From Smithellaceae bacterium (lineage in GTDB: Bacteria; Desulfobacterota; Syntrophia; Syntrophales; Smithellaceae), in contig CAXXVL010000002.1 of NCBI GenBank assembly GCA_963667845.2, forward strand, positions 2,272,001 to 2,336,000: DNA of 64,000 nt, given 5' to 3'. Below, piece after piece: positions 63,338 through 64,000 of this stretch. Made by a program: the position numbers and the translations under genes. Positions within the stretch are counted from its first letter, which is position 1. Each line of letters begins with the position of its first letter. The notes beneath the pieces are model-generated. The model did not search any database. It was not told the origin of the DNA and worked only from the letters and a program-made list of their open reading frames with translations.

Positions 63338-64000
63338 TCAAGGCGTTTCACTCTCCAGTTTCAAGTCTTTTAACAGGGTTCCGCTTTCAAAACTCAGCGT
63401 TGCCAGCGCCGTTTGATAAGCGTTTCGCCGCTCCACCAGACCGGTTCTGGCCTGCTCCAGGCTCGATTGCGCGGCGAGCAGATCGGCAAGCGAGGAGAAG
63501 CCGTTTTCGTACCGCATGTTCAGGAGGCGCGTTCCTTCCTCAGCCGTCTTTAGAGTCTCGTCGGCAAGGTCAATATTCTTGCGAGCCTCTTCGACATTCA
63601 GATAAGCTTCATAAATCCTGTAGGATACCCCTTTTTTCATGGCGGCGGTTTGCTCCCGCGCCCCACTCGCCAGGTGTTTGGCTTTCGCACGTTCATATTC
63701 GCGCTTCGTGCCGTCGAACAGATCCCAGCGCAGAAAGGCCATGACCTGCCAGTTGGTTCCCTCGGAGCCCAGGGGGAGGTTATGGTCGTTCATCTGATAG
63801 GTTCCTCCGATGCCGACATAGGGGAAGTACCCGGCTTCAGCGATCTTGATATTCTCGGCGGCATTATCGCTGCGCAGCTGGGCCGCCCGGACATCGCTCC
63901 TGGAATCAGCGGCGGCCAGATAGACGGGCAGATCGTTTAAAGAAAAATTGATTCCGCCGTCTTCCACGTCAATCGATTCCGTTGTTGCCAGAAGCAGGCC
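63338..64000 (-). CDS. TolC-family outer-membrane protein (3' part; 5' end lies outside the window)
   Basis: YFP, W.LFDG, RYENG......L.AQ motifs; frame open to the window edge. Confidence 0.88.
   Translation of the reverse strand, partial: GLLLATTESIDVEDGGINFSLNDLPVYLAAADSRSDVRAAQLRSDNAAENIKIAEAGYFPYVGIGGTYQMNDHNLPLGSEGTNWQVMAFLRWDLFDGTKREYERAKAKHLASGAREQTAAMKKGVSYRIYEAYLNVEEARKNIDLADETLKTAEEGTRLLNMRYENGFSSLADLLAAQSSLEQARTGLVERRNAYQTALATLSFESGTLLKDLKLESETP

Overview
Gene-dense bacterial chromosome window, about 55% GC by eye. Gene content (beta-oxidation and CoA-transferase genes, CarD, fused IspDF, a multiheme lipoprotein) suggests an anaerobic syntrophic Desulfobacterota such as Smithella/Syntrophaceae; this is inference. 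The left half is mostly housekeeping: nadK, recN, mltA, pcm-nlpD, carD-yacL-ispDF-gltX, radA, groESL. The rest holds a Cus-type Cu/Ag efflux operon, a nonaheme cytochrome lipoprotein, ada/alkA-ogt, an acyl-CoA dehydrogenase, emrAB, an XRE-linked Liv-type ABC plus CoA-transferase/SDR/Hbd/thiolase operon, and a second RND system. Best finds: (1) an ArsR/SmtB repressor with an in-frame UGA followed by an fdhF-like SECIS hairpin, so a probable selenocysteine transcription factor; it shares an operator with a downstream operon (Cys/Met-rich small protein, small membrane protein, MddA-like methyltransferase); (2) a circularly permuted cofactor-independent phosphoglycerate mutase; (3) a REP-like palindrome with a threefold nested 18-nt insertion; (4) an outer-membrane protein gene whose expected start codon reads AGG. 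No rRNA, tRNA, CRISPR array or transposase was seen. All calls come from motif recognition, with no database searches.
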